DNA of 64,000 nt from an uncultured Rikenellaceae bacterium (lineage in GTDB: Bacteria; Bacteroidota; Bacteroidia; Bacteroidales; VadinHA17): contig CAYSBL010000001.1 of NCBI GenBank assembly GCA_964429295.1, positions 178,528-242,527 on the forward strand, read 5' to 3'. Of this stretch, positions 12,308-22,388 are shown piece after piece (positions within the stretch are counted from its first letter, which is position 1; every line of letters starts with the position of its first letter). The notes beneath the pieces are model-generated. The model was not told the origin of the DNA, did not search any database, and saw only the letters and a program-made list of their open reading frames with translations. The translations under genes were made by a program, and so were the position numbers.

Positions 12308-12531
12308 AACTTACGCTTTTTGACCTACTTTCAAAGAAATGCTTAATGAACCGGGAATTCCCCCGATCCTGTAATAACTTAATAATAAATCACATAAGCC
12401 CAAAAAAGATTCTGTTCAGCACAGGCAAAAATACAATTATAAAACGGCGCCTTCAGGCCTTTATTACTGATTTTATCAACATATAAATATTATTTATCAA
12501 TTCTTTGCTTTCTTTACGGGAACAACAAAAT

Positions 12532-13251
12532 ATGATGCAGGAAAATATTTCATCCGACAGAATCATTGAACTGTCAAACTGCAACATCTGGCAGCAGGAT
12601 CACCTGGTCCTGACCGATGTCAGCCTGAGCGTGCATAAAGGTGAATTCGTTTATCTTGTGGGAAAAGTAGGAAGCGGGAAAACCAGCCTTATCAAAACCC
12701 TAAATGTGCAGCTTCCCCTGAAAGAAGGCTCGGGCATGGTTGCCGGCTTTGACCTGTCGGAAATAAAACCAGGAGAGATCCCTTACCTTCGCAGGAAAAT
12801 AGGAATTGTTTTCCAGGACTTTCAGCTGTTGATTGACAGGCCGGTAAACGAAAACCTTGAATTCGTCCTGAGGGCAACCGGATGGAAAAACAGGGAAGAC
12901 ATTGATAAGAGAATAAATGAAGTCCTCGAAAAGGTGGGGCTGAGCCTTAAGGGTTACAAGATGCCCCATCAGCTCTCTGGCGGCGAACAGCAAAGGGTTG
13001 TTATTGGAAGAGCACTGCTTAACGACCCGGAAATCATCCTTGCCGATGAACCGACAGGAAACCTTGATCCGGAGACATCGGAAGGGATCATACGTCTCCT
13101 GAGGGACATCAGCACGACAGGAAGGGCTGTGATCATCGCCACCCACAATTACACAATTGTCAAGAAATTCAGCGCGAGGACTATTAAATGTGAAAACGGA
13201 AGGATTGTCGAGGTACGCGATGATGAAGAAATAGAACTTGAACAGCTCTGA
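12532..13251 (+). CDS. ftsE: ABC-type ATPase, cell-division FtsE-like
   Basis: Walker A GKVGSGKTS, ABC signature LSGGEQQRV, Walker B ILADEPTGNLD, and an H-loop (ATHN). The size fits FtsE. The track begins at a TTG at 12505, but the ATG at 12532 is more likely. No ftsX lies adjacent. Confidence 0.75.
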   Translation: MMQENISSDRIIELSNCNIWQQDHLVLTDVSLSVHKGEFVYLVGKVGSGKTSLIKTLNVQLPLKEGSGMVAGFDLSEIKPGEIPYLRRKIGIVFQDFQLLIDRPVNENLEFVLRATGWKNREDIDKRINEVLEKVGLSLKGYKMPHQLSGGEQQRVVIGRALLNDPEIILADEPTGNLDPETSEGIIRLLRDISTTGRAVIIATHNYTIVKKFSARTIKCENGRIVEVRDDEEIELEQL

Positions 13252-13334
13252 CCTGAGTTATCTTCGCGATTGCCTTATGCTGCAATTCCGAGAAATATCA
13301 GTAACACTTTCTGATACTGCGCCGGAACGGAAAT

Positions 13335-15170
13335 CTATCTCTTCATATAGTCATCATACAGAACCTGAAGGAATGCCTTTCCAAGCCTCAGGTTCCGCTC
13401 GGGATCAGTTCCTTCCCTGACAACCGGTTCCCCGAGCTTGTGGTCATATATCAGCTTCGAGCTGTGGGTAATGAACGCAAATCCTTCATTGTACACATAA
13501 AAGGCAAATTCCGGGGATCCTTCTGAAAGGAAGTCCTTTGAGAATGGGAATTCTCCACTGAGCTTCATCTGGTTTGTCAGGATTAAGGGAAGATCCACCT
13601 GGGAACCGATCCTTTCAATCCTTGTGCCGGGATTCTGAACAGCGCCTCCCAGCCAGAGCATGGGAATCCTGAAAACATTTTCCGAATAAACCAGGTCCTC
13701 CGGATAACTGAGCCTGCAATGATCGGCGAGCAGGATCACGAGTGTATTCTTCCACCATTCAGTGGTTTTCGCCCAGTCTATGAAGCTTCCCAGCGATTTA
13801 TCAGTATAATAGACTGAATTTCTGAATCTTGCCAGGTCATCCTTGCCAGTAAAGACGGGCTCCATGGGAACATCGAAAGGTTCATGACTTGAAAGGGTCA
13901 GTACCACCCTGAAAAACGGCTCTTCCATTACCGCCATAGAATCACGGAGGGTATTGAACAGAACATGGTCGTGGACACCCCACTTGGCATTGTAATTGTC
14001 ACGCGAAAAGTCCTCCATATTTATAATCTGCCTGAAACCAGAGTTTATCAGATAGGAGTTAATGTTTGCAAAGTTTATATCTCCACCGTACCAGAACGAA
14101 CTGGTGTACCCATTTTCATTGAGAATTCTTACCAGGCTTGTCATTGATTGGGTCTTTCTGGGTTCCTTTATTATTGATACAGCCGGCTGAGCCGGATAAC
14201 CGCTTAAGATAGCTGGAAGTGCCTTGTCAGTGCGGTTGCCTGAAGCATAAAAACTGGTAAAAAGCATTCCTTCCCCCGACAATCTGTTCAGGTTAGGTGT
14301 GGTGGCAGTATCTCCTCCCAGCGAACCGACAAGGAAATTCCCGAAACTCTCCAGAATTACCACAAGTATGTTTGGGCGTAAGGTGTTAAGTACCATTGCC
14401 GGATTCCCGGTTTTTACGGTAAGCGAATCCCTTATCGCCACCGACCGGTCCAGGTCACCAAAAGAATAGGGATTGACTGAGGGTTTCCTGTTGAACCATG
14501 AACTGCCAACATTCCATACCACATTCACCGCACTGTGATTTGCAAACAGGTTATCAGAGAAATAAACAGAACCGGCATTTATCGGAGCTAGCCCCACCCC
14601 TCCCCTTATCGGTATTATAAGTGATCCCAGCAGCACTAAAAAGGCAATGGTGACAGGAAATCTGAAACGATCAATTCGTTTCTCAGAAAATTGCCTGTCG
14701 ATGAATTTGTTATATGAAAGTCCGGATATTACTGTTAAAAGAATAACAATAAAAACAAATCCGCTTATCTGCAGGGTTGATACTGAAGCTGCTGCATCCC
14801 CGGGATTGTCAAGATAAAGAAAAGGAGTATAATCCATCCTGAATCTCCAGTAAGAATACAAAACCAGGTCGCCGACAACAATCAGTGAACAAACCAGAAG
14901 TAAAAGCCAGGTATAGCCTTTCATGAAGTGCCTGAACCACTCCCCCTTTATCCATATCGAAGGCAGGAGGACAAGCATGGGGATTACGAGAATATAGGCA
15001 GCGGCTGAGATATCTAGTTTTATACCGTGAGTAAAGGTCCCTGCAAGCGCTTTCATCCCAAGCTCTGAAGAACTGCCGATATGTCCCAGCAGGAACAGAA
15101 GCCTGGCGATAAAGAAAAAAACCAGCCAGAAAACGATATACAGGATCAGGGATTTAAGTTTGTATTTCAT
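13335..15170 (-). CDS. LTA-synthase / phosphoglycerol-transferase family membrane sulfatase-fold protein
   Basis: 611 aa. The N-terminal ~200 aa has about 5 hydrophobic helices, followed by an alkaline-phosphatase/sulfatase-fold domain (VVILESFG, GNRTDKALPAILSG, LLADH). Confidence 0.75.
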   Translation of the reverse strand: MKYKLKSLILYIVFWLVFFFIARLLFLLGHIGSSSELGMKALAGTFTHGIKLDISAAAYILVIPMLVLLPSIWIKGEWFRHFMKGYTWLLLLVCSLIVVGDLVLYSYWRFRMDYTPFLYLDNPGDAAASVSTLQISGFVFIVILLTVISGLSYNKFIDRQFSEKRIDRFRFPVTIAFLVLLGSLIIPIRGGVGLAPINAGSVYFSDNLFANHSAVNVVWNVGSSWFNRKPSVNPYSFGDLDRSVAIRDSLTVKTGNPAMVLNTLRPNILVVILESFGNFLVGSLGGDTATTPNLNRLSGEGMLFTSFYASGNRTDKALPAILSGYPAQPAVSIIKEPRKTQSMTSLVRILNENGYTSSFWYGGDINFANINSYLINSGFRQIINMEDFSRDNYNAKWGVHDHVLFNTLRDSMAVMEEPFFRVVLTLSSHEPFDVPMEPVFTGKDDLARFRNSVYYTDKSLGSFIDWAKTTEWWKNTLVILLADHCRLSYPEDLVYSENVFRIPMLWLGGAVQNPGTRIERIGSQVDLPLILTNQMKLSGEFPFSKDFLSEGSPEFAFYVYNEGFAFITHSSKLIYDHKLGEPVVREGTDPERNLRLGKAFLQVLYDDYMKR

Positions 15171-16087
15171 CGGCTTCCGGTAATTGAGGACTTTATTTTT
15201 CCTGAAGTAACAAAAAATAATACTAGTGATGCCGTAATAATAAACATTCCGGCTATTGTAAGCATCTCAGGATGTTCACCTGGGACCAGCAGCCAGCTGA
15301 GGATGGCCCCAACAACCGGAATTATGAATTTCCAAAGGTTAAGTTCCGAGACCTTTACCCCCGGTCGCTGGAGCAGCTTAAACCATAATGAAAATGCAAA
15401 GGCCGACATAAAACTCAGCCAGGCAAGATCGGCCCAGTACAGGAATGGTCTTGGAAGCCTTGCAGTCCCTTCTAAGGGAATGGATACCAGGTAGAGAATT
15501 AATCCTCCTATACCCAGTGAAAAGGAACTGAGGACAACAGGATTCATACCCCTGCTTTTCAGGGAAACTATCACATTGCTGACAGCCGTGGCTATGTTCG
15601 CCCCCAGTATCAGAACCACTCCAAGAAATTCAAGAGCAGTCCCGATCCTGAAAGCCTGCCTTCCGGCACTTATCAGGATTACTCCGGAAATACCGAACAC
15701 AATGGTGATTATCTTGCTCCTTGTAAGCCTTTCCTCATCATGCATCATAGCCGCAACAACGGCAGTCACCAGTGGCTGTGATCCTACTATCACAGCACCG
15801 AGAGCGCCCGGAACCAGATTCATCCCAAAATAAAAAAGTGAATAATTAATAAGCGTCTGAAGAACCATGACAGACAGAACCAGCTTGTAGTTCTCCCTTA
15901 TCATCCTTATGTAAGACGCGGGTTTGACAGTAAAGGGAAGAAGCATGAGACCTGAAATTATGAACCTCACCCCTGCAAAATGAAGCGGAGTATCATATTG
16001 CAGACCGAGTTTTATGCCTGCATATGCAGTCGACCAGAGAAGGCATGCAATAACCGCCCAGAATATAGTATTTCCCTTACTGTACAC
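15167..16087 (-). CDS. DMT-superfamily (EamA-like) transporter
   Basis: 306 aa with about 10 predicted TM helices arranged as two EamA-type halves. Its stop overlaps the start of the downstream gene by 4 nt (ATGA). Confidence 0.75.
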   Translation of the reverse strand: MYSKGNTIFWAVIACLLWSTAYAGIKLGLQYDTPLHFAGVRFIISGLMLLPFTVKPASYIRMIRENYKLVLSVMVLQTLINYSLFYFGMNLVPGALGAVIVGSQPLVTAVVAAMMHDEERLTRSKIITIVFGISGVILISAGRQAFRIGTALEFLGVVLILGANIATAVSNVIVSLKSRGMNPVVLSSFSLGIGGLILYLVSIPLEGTARLPRPFLYWADLAWLSFMSAFAFSLWFKLLQRPGVKVSELNLWKFIIPVVGAILSWLLVPGEHPEMLTIAGMFIITASLVLFFVTSGKIKSSITGSR

Positions 16088-16122
16088 TTCAAAAGATCAG
16101 GCCGCAAATATGAGAAAAAAAA

Positions 16123-18381
16123 TCATTTTTCAAGCATGTTCCAGTCAGGAGTATCAAGCCCCAGAAGGTTCCTGACGAAGAAATCCCTGCGCTTCCGCTC
16201 CCCGTAAACACCTCCGCTCGTATGCCCCGCTCCGGGAAGCAGCACATATTCAAAATCCTTATTGGTTTTTATGAGCGCATTTACAAGTTGAGCTGTTGAT
16301 GATGGATCAACATTGTAGTCCATCTCTCCGTTCAGAAGCAGCAGTTTACCCTTGAGCCGCCAGGCATTATCAACATTCGACGATTCGGAATACTCAACAC
16401 CTACCGGCCAGCCCATCCACGCTTCATTCCACCACATCTTGTCCATCCTGTTATCGTGGCAGCCGCATGAAGCCACTGCAACTTTGTAAAAATCAGGATG
16501 GAACAGAACTGCACCTGCAGCGTTCTGACCTCCGGCTGATGTGCCGTAAACGCCTACCCTCTCAAGATCCATGTACGGATACTTTTCAGCGGCTGCCTTA
16601 ATCCACAGTATCCTGTCAGGGAAACCGGCATCCTTTATGTTCTTCCAGCAGACATCATGAAAGGCCTTCGAACGGTTAGATGTTCCCATACCATCTACCT
16701 TCACCACAATGAATCCCAGTTCGGCAAGCTGGTGCATGGATGTAGCCTGCCCCCTGAAACTCTTTGGTACAAAACTGCTGTGAGGTCCTGCATAAATATC
16801 TTCTATCACCGGGTATTTTTTTGAAGGATCAAAATCTGTAGGCCTGATGATAATTCCCCATATGTCAGTAACTCCGTCCCTGCCTTTGGAAACAAAAACC
16901 TCCGGCAGCCTGATCCCGGTACGAAGGAGTTCCGAAATGTCAGATTTCTCAACTACCATCAGCTGGGTCCCGTCATCCGCCCTTCGAAGGACAGAGACCG
17001 GAGCCGTATTTATTGTCGACCATGTGTCAACGAAATAATCATGCCCGGGTGAAAAACTTGCTTCATGAGTCCCTTCCCCTTCAGAAAGCAGTTTAAGCCC
17101 CGACCCGTCAAAGTTGATTCGGTAGTAATATATGAAATACGGATCGCCAGGCTCCCTTCCGCTGGCCTGAAAAATGATCGTCCGGTTCTTTTCGTCGATA
17201 TGAGTAACATCCCTTACAACCCACTCCCCTGAGGTGATCTGGTTCTTCACCTCACCAGATGATGAATCGTAGAGATACAGATGATTCCAGCCATCCCTCT
17301 CTGAAGCCCATATCATCTCGCCAGTCTCCTCAATATCGTAACGGTATTTCTTGCCGCTGTAATCTATGAAGGTGGAGGATTTCTCATTTACGATAACCCT
17401 TGAATCCCCCGAACTGGCGTCAACCTTTATTATATCGTATTGCTGGTGACCCCGCCGGTTGTATTCATAGGTAAAAAAATTACTGTTCCTGCTCCACTTA
17501 ATATTGTTTATGGCATACTGATTAGGAATAAGTGATTCATCTACTTTAACATGTACTTTCAACTCTACATCAAACAGCTGGGGATACTTCTGCGGGACTG
17601 CATCACCCGGCTTCTGATATTCGTACGAATAATGCCTGGGCTGAAGCTGATCCTCGGGAGAGGATTGAATGTAATGGATCATATGCTTCTCTGCCGGCTT
17701 AACCCTGTAGGCCACAAGCTTCCTGGAATCGGGAGACCATCTGATAAAAGATGAATAATATTCACCCAGAGCCCCGTCGAAGCTAAGCTGGTATTCCTTC
17801 TTATCCTTTTCATCTGTTGATCTGACATAGACATTATAGTTTTTTATGAAAGCTATCCATTTCTTGTCAGGCGATTCCACAGGATCGTTTGTAAGCTCGT
17901 CCCTGAAACCCCAGTCCCATCCGCTTCTCATCGGGCGTTCCGGTACCTTTTCCCGCTTTGTAATGCTGTAGTCCCTCAGGTTGCATAACCAGTTATACCC
18001 ATCATAAGTGAATGCAAAACTGGACAGCCGGTCTGAAAAAATGAGATTCCTTATAGGCAATTTGCCAGCATCAAACTTCTTCCCGGTTTCCTTACCCAGC
18101 GATTCAGCGAATTTTTCCTGATTGAATGCCTTCCTTTTGGTAAGCTTCCCGGCGTCAGCAATTATGAATTCAGTTCCTGCCGGTGTAAGGTTTTCATAAA
18201 GAAAGCTGTCTGTCTTGCCAATCCAGACTGGCCTCACATTACCGTAATATACCTTGTCTGCCGTTAGCCGCCCCAGTGAATCGGCTTTCTTGTACATGTC
18301 AGCCGAAAACTGTGATAAAGAGTCAGATACAGCAAAAACAAAGAAGGTGACCGTCAGAATTGTTCTGCTTAAGGTTTTCAT
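16123..18381 (-). CDS. S9 family serine peptidase, dipeptidyl-peptidase IV-like
   Basis: 752 aa with a signal peptide and a long beta-propeller-like N-terminal region. The C-terminal alpha/beta hydrolase has the nucleophile motif YGTSAGG, an Asp in GEMDYNVD and a His in GAGHTS. Confidence 0.8.
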   Translation of the reverse strand: MKTLSRTILTVTFFVFAVSDSLSQFSADMYKKADSLGRLTADKVYYGNVRPVWIGKTDSFLYENLTPAGTEFIIADAGKLTKRKAFNQEKFAESLGKETGKKFDAGKLPIRNLIFSDRLSSFAFTYDGYNWLCNLRDYSITKREKVPERPMRSGWDWGFRDELTNDPVESPDKKWIAFIKNYNVYVRSTDEKDKKEYQLSFDGALGEYYSSFIRWSPDSRKLVAYRVKPAEKHMIHYIQSSPEDQLQPRHYSYEYQKPGDAVPQKYPQLFDVELKVHVKVDESLIPNQYAINNIKWSRNSNFFTYEYNRRGHQQYDIIKVDASSGDSRVIVNEKSSTFIDYSGKKYRYDIEETGEMIWASERDGWNHLYLYDSSSGEVKNQITSGEWVVRDVTHIDEKNRTIIFQASGREPGDPYFIYYYRINFDGSGLKLLSEGEGTHEASFSPGHDYFVDTWSTINTAPVSVLRRADDGTQLMVVEKSDISELLRTGIRLPEVFVSKGRDGVTDIWGIIIRPTDFDPSKKYPVIEDIYAGPHSSFVPKSFRGQATSMHQLAELGFIVVKVDGMGTSNRSKAFHDVCWKNIKDAGFPDRILWIKAAAEKYPYMDLERVGVYGTSAGGQNAAGAVLFHPDFYKVAVASCGCHDNRMDKMWWNEAWMGWPVGVEYSESSNVDNAWRLKGKLLLLNGEMDYNVDPSSTAQLVNALIKTNKDFEYVLLPGAGHTSGGVYGERKRRDFFVRNLLGLDTPDWNMLEK

Positions 18382-18462
18382 AAATCTGGATTTTTACGTG
18401 TTTTGAAGACTATAAAAATAATGTTATTTGCCATCCGCCGCATACAGGCTTGATTAATTTGA

Positions 18463-18470
18463 TAGCTTTG
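18463..18470 (+). promoter_or_regulatory. Candidate -7 promoter box (TAGCTTTG) for the TPP-enzyme gene
   Basis: TAnnTTTG match 22 nt upstream of the ATG at 18492. Its position argues against the upstream TTG start at 18450 used in the track. Confidence 0.35.
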
Positions 18471-18491
18471 CAAAGGGAAACCCTTAGTGAT

Positions 18492-20084
18492 ATGACTGTT
18501 GCTGAACATATTGCAGATATTTTATCAAATGCCGGTGTAAGATTCGTATTCGGAGTGCCGGGCGGTCCGTCCATCCCGTACATGGAAGCCTTCAGAAAGA
18601 AAGGGATTGAATTCATTCTAACCTCAAACGAATCGGCAGCCGGAGTTATGGCAAGTGTAACCGGCAGACTTACAGGCATCCCAGGTGTGTGCCATGCTAC
18701 TTTCGGTCCGGGTGCGGTAAACCTGGCTTCCGGCGCCGGCGGAGCACTTCTCGACAGATCACCGGTCATAATACTTACAAGTGAAATAGATGACAGAATG
18801 CTTGGCAGGACTACCCAGATGAACATCGACCATCAGAAACTGTTCCTGCCTGTCACAAAAGCAACCTTCCGGGTGAATCACCTGAATGCCGCCGAAGTCC
18901 TTTCCGGAGCCCTTGCAATCTGCACGGATGAATTACCGGGACCCGTGCACATAGGACTGCCATCTGATATTGCCTGCTTGGAAACAACCAGAAATTTCAA
19001 GGAAATTCCAGGGCAGGAACCGGCAAAGCCGTTCCCTGACATCGCACAGATAAAGACATTGCTTGGAAACTGCGTAAATCCTGTAATCGCCGTTGGACTT
19101 ACTGCCGCCAGATATTCAATCGGAACAAGACTCTCCGAATTCCTCCGGCATACAAGGATCCCCGTCGTTCTGACTCCAATGGCAAAAGGAATTCTTCCTG
19201 AAGATCATCCCTGTTACGCCGGTGTGCTGTTTCATGCTCTGAGTAACAGTCTCGACAATCTGCTGGACAATGTTGATCTGGTCATAGGCCTGGGATATGA
19301 TCCGGTGGAATACAATTACGAATCATGGATGCCGGATGTTCCGCTTCTGGATTTCACTACAGCAATGACAGACCTGCCCTTTGTAAAAAACGTTACAAGA
19401 TATACAGGAAAGCCTGATGAGTGGTTCCGGATCCTCGGATTCCTCAATCAAAAGCTGTTGACATTCAACCAGTTGAAAATTGAATCGGTACGAAATGAAA
19501 CAAGAGCTGTATTCAATGGATTAACCGGGCATTTCGGACCGGTTACAGCCCTCAGGGTACTCAGGGAAGCTATCCCCGCTGATACCATAGTAAGCTTCGA
19601 TGTAGGTTCGCATCTTCATGTAGCCGGGCAGTACTGGAACACTTACGGCCGGCAGAATATGATGATTACAAACGGCTGGTCCGGAATGGGATTCGGGCTT
19701 CCCGCAGCACTGGCGGCAAGTCTTTCTTCGGCCGGATCAACTGTGGTTTGTGTCACAGGTGACGGAGGTTTCCTGATGAGCGCCGGAGAAATAATTACTG
19801 CAAGAAGGTATAACCTTCCGGTCATAACCGTGGTCTTCTCTGACAAAGAACTGAACCTGATAAAACTCAAACAATCATGGCAGGGCCTTGACCATTATGG
19901 AACCAGCCTCTATGATGGTGATCTTTTCGGTGCAGGCGACTTTTTGGGGATCAGTGTTTTACCTGCTGACTCAGAAGAGACAATGAAAAATGCCATCCTT
20001 ATGGCACTTTCAATGAAAAAGCCTGTCATTGTGAACGCCCGTATTGACCCTGATGATTACAGACTGCTTATAGTCAGCAGATAA
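18492..20084 (+). CDS. Thiamine-diphosphate-dependent enzyme, acetolactate-synthase large-subunit-like
   Basis: N-terminal PYR domain (VFGVPGGPSIP), a central domain, and the C-terminal TPP motif GDGGFLMSAGE...VVFSDKELN. No small regulatory subunit gene lies nearby, so the physiological reaction is unassigned. Confidence 0.8.
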   Translation: MTVAEHIADILSNAGVRFVFGVPGGPSIPYMEAFRKKGIEFILTSNESAAGVMASVTGRLTGIPGVCHATFGPGAVNLASGAGGALLDRSPVIILTSEIDDRMLGRTTQMNIDHQKLFLPVTKATFRVNHLNAAEVLSGALAICTDELPGPVHIGLPSDIACLETTRNFKEIPGQEPAKPFPDIAQIKTLLGNCVNPVIAVGLTAARYSIGTRLSEFLRHTRIPVVLTPMAKGILPEDHPCYAGVLFHALSNSLDNLLDNVDLVIGLGYDPVEYNYESWMPDVPLLDFTTAMTDLPFVKNVTRYTGKPDEWFRILGFLNQKLLTFNQLKIESVRNETRAVFNGLTGHFGPVTALRVLREAIPADTIVSFDVGSHLHVAGQYWNTYGRQNMMITNGWSGMGFGLPAALAASLSSAGSTVVCVTGDGGFLMSAGEIITARRYNLPVITVVFSDKELNLIKLKQSWQGLDHYGTSLYDGDLFGAGDFLGISVLPADSEETMKNAILMALSMKKPVIVNARIDPDDYRLLIVSR

Positions 20085-20085
20085 C

Positions 20086-20475
20086 TCAGTCTTTCTTTTC
20101 TTTTTTAGGCTTTGCTTCCTTTTTCTCCTTAGGCTGTTTTGCAGTTTTTGACTCTTTTTTCTCCTTTGGTTCGGCTTCGGTTTCAGCTGTAACCGTTTCA
20201 GTGCCGGGTTTGGTTCTGGGGACAGGTTTTACAGCTTCCTTTTCAGTTTTTACCTCTTTTACTGCAGATTCAGTTTCTTCCTTTACAGGCCTGACCGGCT
20301 TTGATTCCTTTGCTACAGGAGCTTCCTTCTTTTCCCTCGACAGTTTCTTTTCCTTTTTATCAGCAGCCGGTTCAACTGTCTTGCTGGTTTTATCCGCCTT
20401 TTTCCTTGGGCGCCTTACTCCAAAGGTACCAAGTATGATCTTACCTCTTCTGGATTTTTTATCACCTTTTCCCAT
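20086..20475 (-). CDS. Ribosomal protein bTHX-like N-terminal domain fused to a ~100-aa Lys/Glu/Pro-rich tail
   Basis: The N-terminus MGKGDKKSRRGKIILGTFGVRRPRKK closely parallels Thermus bTHX ([25 protein letters not shown], quoted from memory). The remaining residues are low-complexity KEKK/EKKE/PV repeats. Confidence 0.7.
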   Translation of the reverse strand: MGKGDKKSRRGKIILGTFGVRRPRKKADKTSKTVEPAADKKEKKLSREKKEAPVAKESKPVRPVKEETESAVKEVKTEKEAVKPVPRTKPGTETVTAETEAEPKEKKESKTAKQPKEKKEAKPKKEKKD

Positions 20476-20510
20476 AATTGAATTTTTTTCTGAAGTTTTC
20501 GAGAATCGAG

Positions 20511-20518
20511 CAAATTTA
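20511..20518 (-). promoter_or_regulatory. Candidate -7 promoter box (TAAATTTG on the minus strand) for the bTHX-like gene
   Basis: The plus strand reads CAAATTTA, which is TAnnTTTG on the minus strand, 36-43 nt upstream of the ATG at 20475. Confidence 0.35.
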
Positions 20519-20574
20519 ATAATATTCTTCTTTGTAAGGACATTTTTTTATCCCCCATGTCATATCCAGCCCCT

Positions 20575-21390
20575 CTATCGGACTTCAATCCATCCCTGTC
20601 TGTAATTCCTGAAGATCCTTCTTGTCAGCCACATCATAATACCTTCGGGAATGAACATGCCCAGACCAAAAAACAAACACGACAACTTTCCGGGAAGAAT
20701 GACATTCCTCCCCCTGAACATCCCCCTGACAACAATAGAGGCCACCTCCTCCGGTTCAAGCGCTGATTTTCTTGAGAACCAGCCATTCCTTTCTATCCTG
20801 TCCCGGGTATTGATATTGGTCATAACTGCAGACGGGACAGCTACACAGGTCCTGACACCAGATCCCTTCAGCTCTGATTCTATCGCCCTGGTGAAATAAA
20901 AAATATATGACTTTGTTGCAAGATAAATGCTCTTGTAGGCTGTTGGAAGATAACACCCGAAACTGCTCATGTTGAGAATATATGATCGCTCATGTGTTTT
21001 CAATTCGGGTATGAAGAGCATGGTCAGCATGGTAACCGCCCTCACATTGAGCATGAGCATTGTGTCTATCTGTTTTCGGGTATACCCTTCCACCGGACCT
21101 TCATAGCCAATTCCGGCATTATTCACAAGAACATCTACTTTCAGGTTTTTGTGCCTGACAAACTCGCGGAGCGATTCCGGACCATCATCTGCCGTCAGGT
21201 CGCCCTCGGCGCAATATACAGTTACCCCATGATCTGATTCAAGCTTCCTCCCCATATCAGCCAGACCCTGACCCGGAAGCGAATTAAGCACCAGATTATG
21301 CTTTCTTGAGGCAAGCTCTTCAGCAATTGCCCTGCCGATTCCCATGCTTGCTCCGGTTATAACTGCAAAGCTGCTATTTACTTTTTCCAT
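20575..21390 (-). CDS. Classical short-chain dehydrogenase/reductase (SDR) with a hydrophobic C-terminal segment
   Basis: TGASMGIG cofactor motif, NNAG, and catalytic YLATK (YxxxK). The C-terminal segment LSCLFFGLGMFIPEGIMMWL is hydrophobic. Confidence 0.8.
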   Translation of the reverse strand: MEKVNSSFAVITGASMGIGRAIAEELASRKHNLVLNSLPGQGLADMGRKLESDHGVTVYCAEGDLTADDGPESLREFVRHKNLKVDVLVNNAGIGYEGPVEGYTRKQIDTMLMLNVRAVTMLTMLFIPELKTHERSYILNMSSFGCYLPTAYKSIYLATKSYIFYFTRAIESELKGSGVRTCVAVPSAVMTNINTRDRIERNGWFSRKSALEPEEVASIVVRGMFRGRNVILPGKLSCLFFGLGMFIPEGIMMWLTRRIFRNYRQGWIEVR

Positions 21391-22375
21391 CTTTCATGGT
21401 TTTTAGCCAGTCAATGGTTAGGGTAACTCCTTCGGAAAGGGGCGTTATCCGGTAGCCCAGTTCCCTTTCTGCCTTTTCGCTCGTCATGATCCAGTCCCTC
21501 AGATACTTGTCAAGAAAGTCGCGTGTGATTGGCGGAGACACCCTCAATGCGCCCGAGAAACAGGTGATCGTCCCGACAATGGCCTTCATAAGTCCAGCCG
21601 GAAGCCTGACCAGGATTCTTTTTTTCCCGGACACTTCCCCGATGGTGTCAAACAGGCTGGTGAACGAATGATTCTCTCCTCCAAGGATGTAACGCTCGCC
21701 TCCTCTCCCGTGCATTGCTGCAAGTATATGCCCCTCGGCAACATCATCCACATAGACGTAATTGCCTACTGATTTACCGTTACCCGGATTGATCCTCCAA
21801 ATACCCGACATGTACAGCTTTATTATCCTGGTAACGGAATTACTTTCGGAAAGCTTCCCTGGTCCATAAACCCTTGTCGGATTGACTATGACCACTTCGA
21901 GTCCCTTTGAACGATAATCCACGGCTATTTTCTCCGCTTCAGCCTTGGTTTTCTCATAAAGGGTGTGCAGCTCCGGATTCTTGTTGGTTTCTTCGCCGAC
22001 TGGCTTCCCGTCGCGGGAATAACTCATTGTACCACCTGTGGAGGTGAATACTACTTTTCCGGCACCTGATTCACGAGCAGCTTCAAAGACATTGACGGTC
22101 CCGTCAATATTTACAGAGTTAATAACCGAAGGATCCTTGCCGGAAGGTTTGGCATAGGCTGCCATGTGAAAAACCCAATCGCACGATTTCATGGACCTCT
22201 TCAACAGGTTCCTGTCTGACAGATCTCCCTTTACTATTGAAACCCTGCTGTTTCCGGAAAAAGATGACATCGATGGATTCCTGGCAAGCATAATAACTTC
22301 ATGATCCTTTTCAATAAGTTTCTCAATCAGTCTTGCGCCAATAAAACCGGTTCCACCGGTAATAAAAACTTTCAT
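21374..22375 (-). CDS. NAD-dependent epimerase/dehydratase-family (extended SDR) protein
   Basis: ITGGTGFIGARL Rossmann motif and YEKTK catalytic YxxxK. 333 aa. It overlaps the downstream SDR gene by 17 nt. Confidence 0.8.
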   Translation of the reverse strand: MKVFITGGTGFIGARLIEKLIEKDHEVIMLARNPSMSSFSGNSRVSIVKGDLSDRNLLKRSMKSCDWVFHMAAYAKPSGKDPSVINSVNIDGTVNVFEAARESGAGKVVFTSTGGTMSYSRDGKPVGEETNKNPELHTLYEKTKAEAEKIAVDYRSKGLEVVIVNPTRVYGPGKLSESNSVTRIIKLYMSGIWRINPGNGKSVGNYVYVDDVAEGHILAAMHGRGGERYILGGENHSFTSLFDTIGEVSGKKRILVRLPAGLMKAIVGTITCFSGALRVSPPITRDFLDKYLRDWIMTSEKAERELGYRITPLSEGVTLTIDWLKTMKDGKSK

Positions 22376-22388
22376 TTGTTGCAGATGT

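Noticed and set aside
18410-18826. 138-aa ORF antisense to the 5' end of the TPP-enzyme gene
   Set aside because: It overlaps the conserved PYR domain of the plus-strand gene and has no motifs of its own.
20201-20605. 134-aa ORF antisense to the bTHX tail
   Set aside because: It is the mirror image of the K/E-rich low-complexity repeat (it reads as an F/S/T-rich peptide). The minus-strand frame carries the recognisable bTHX motif.
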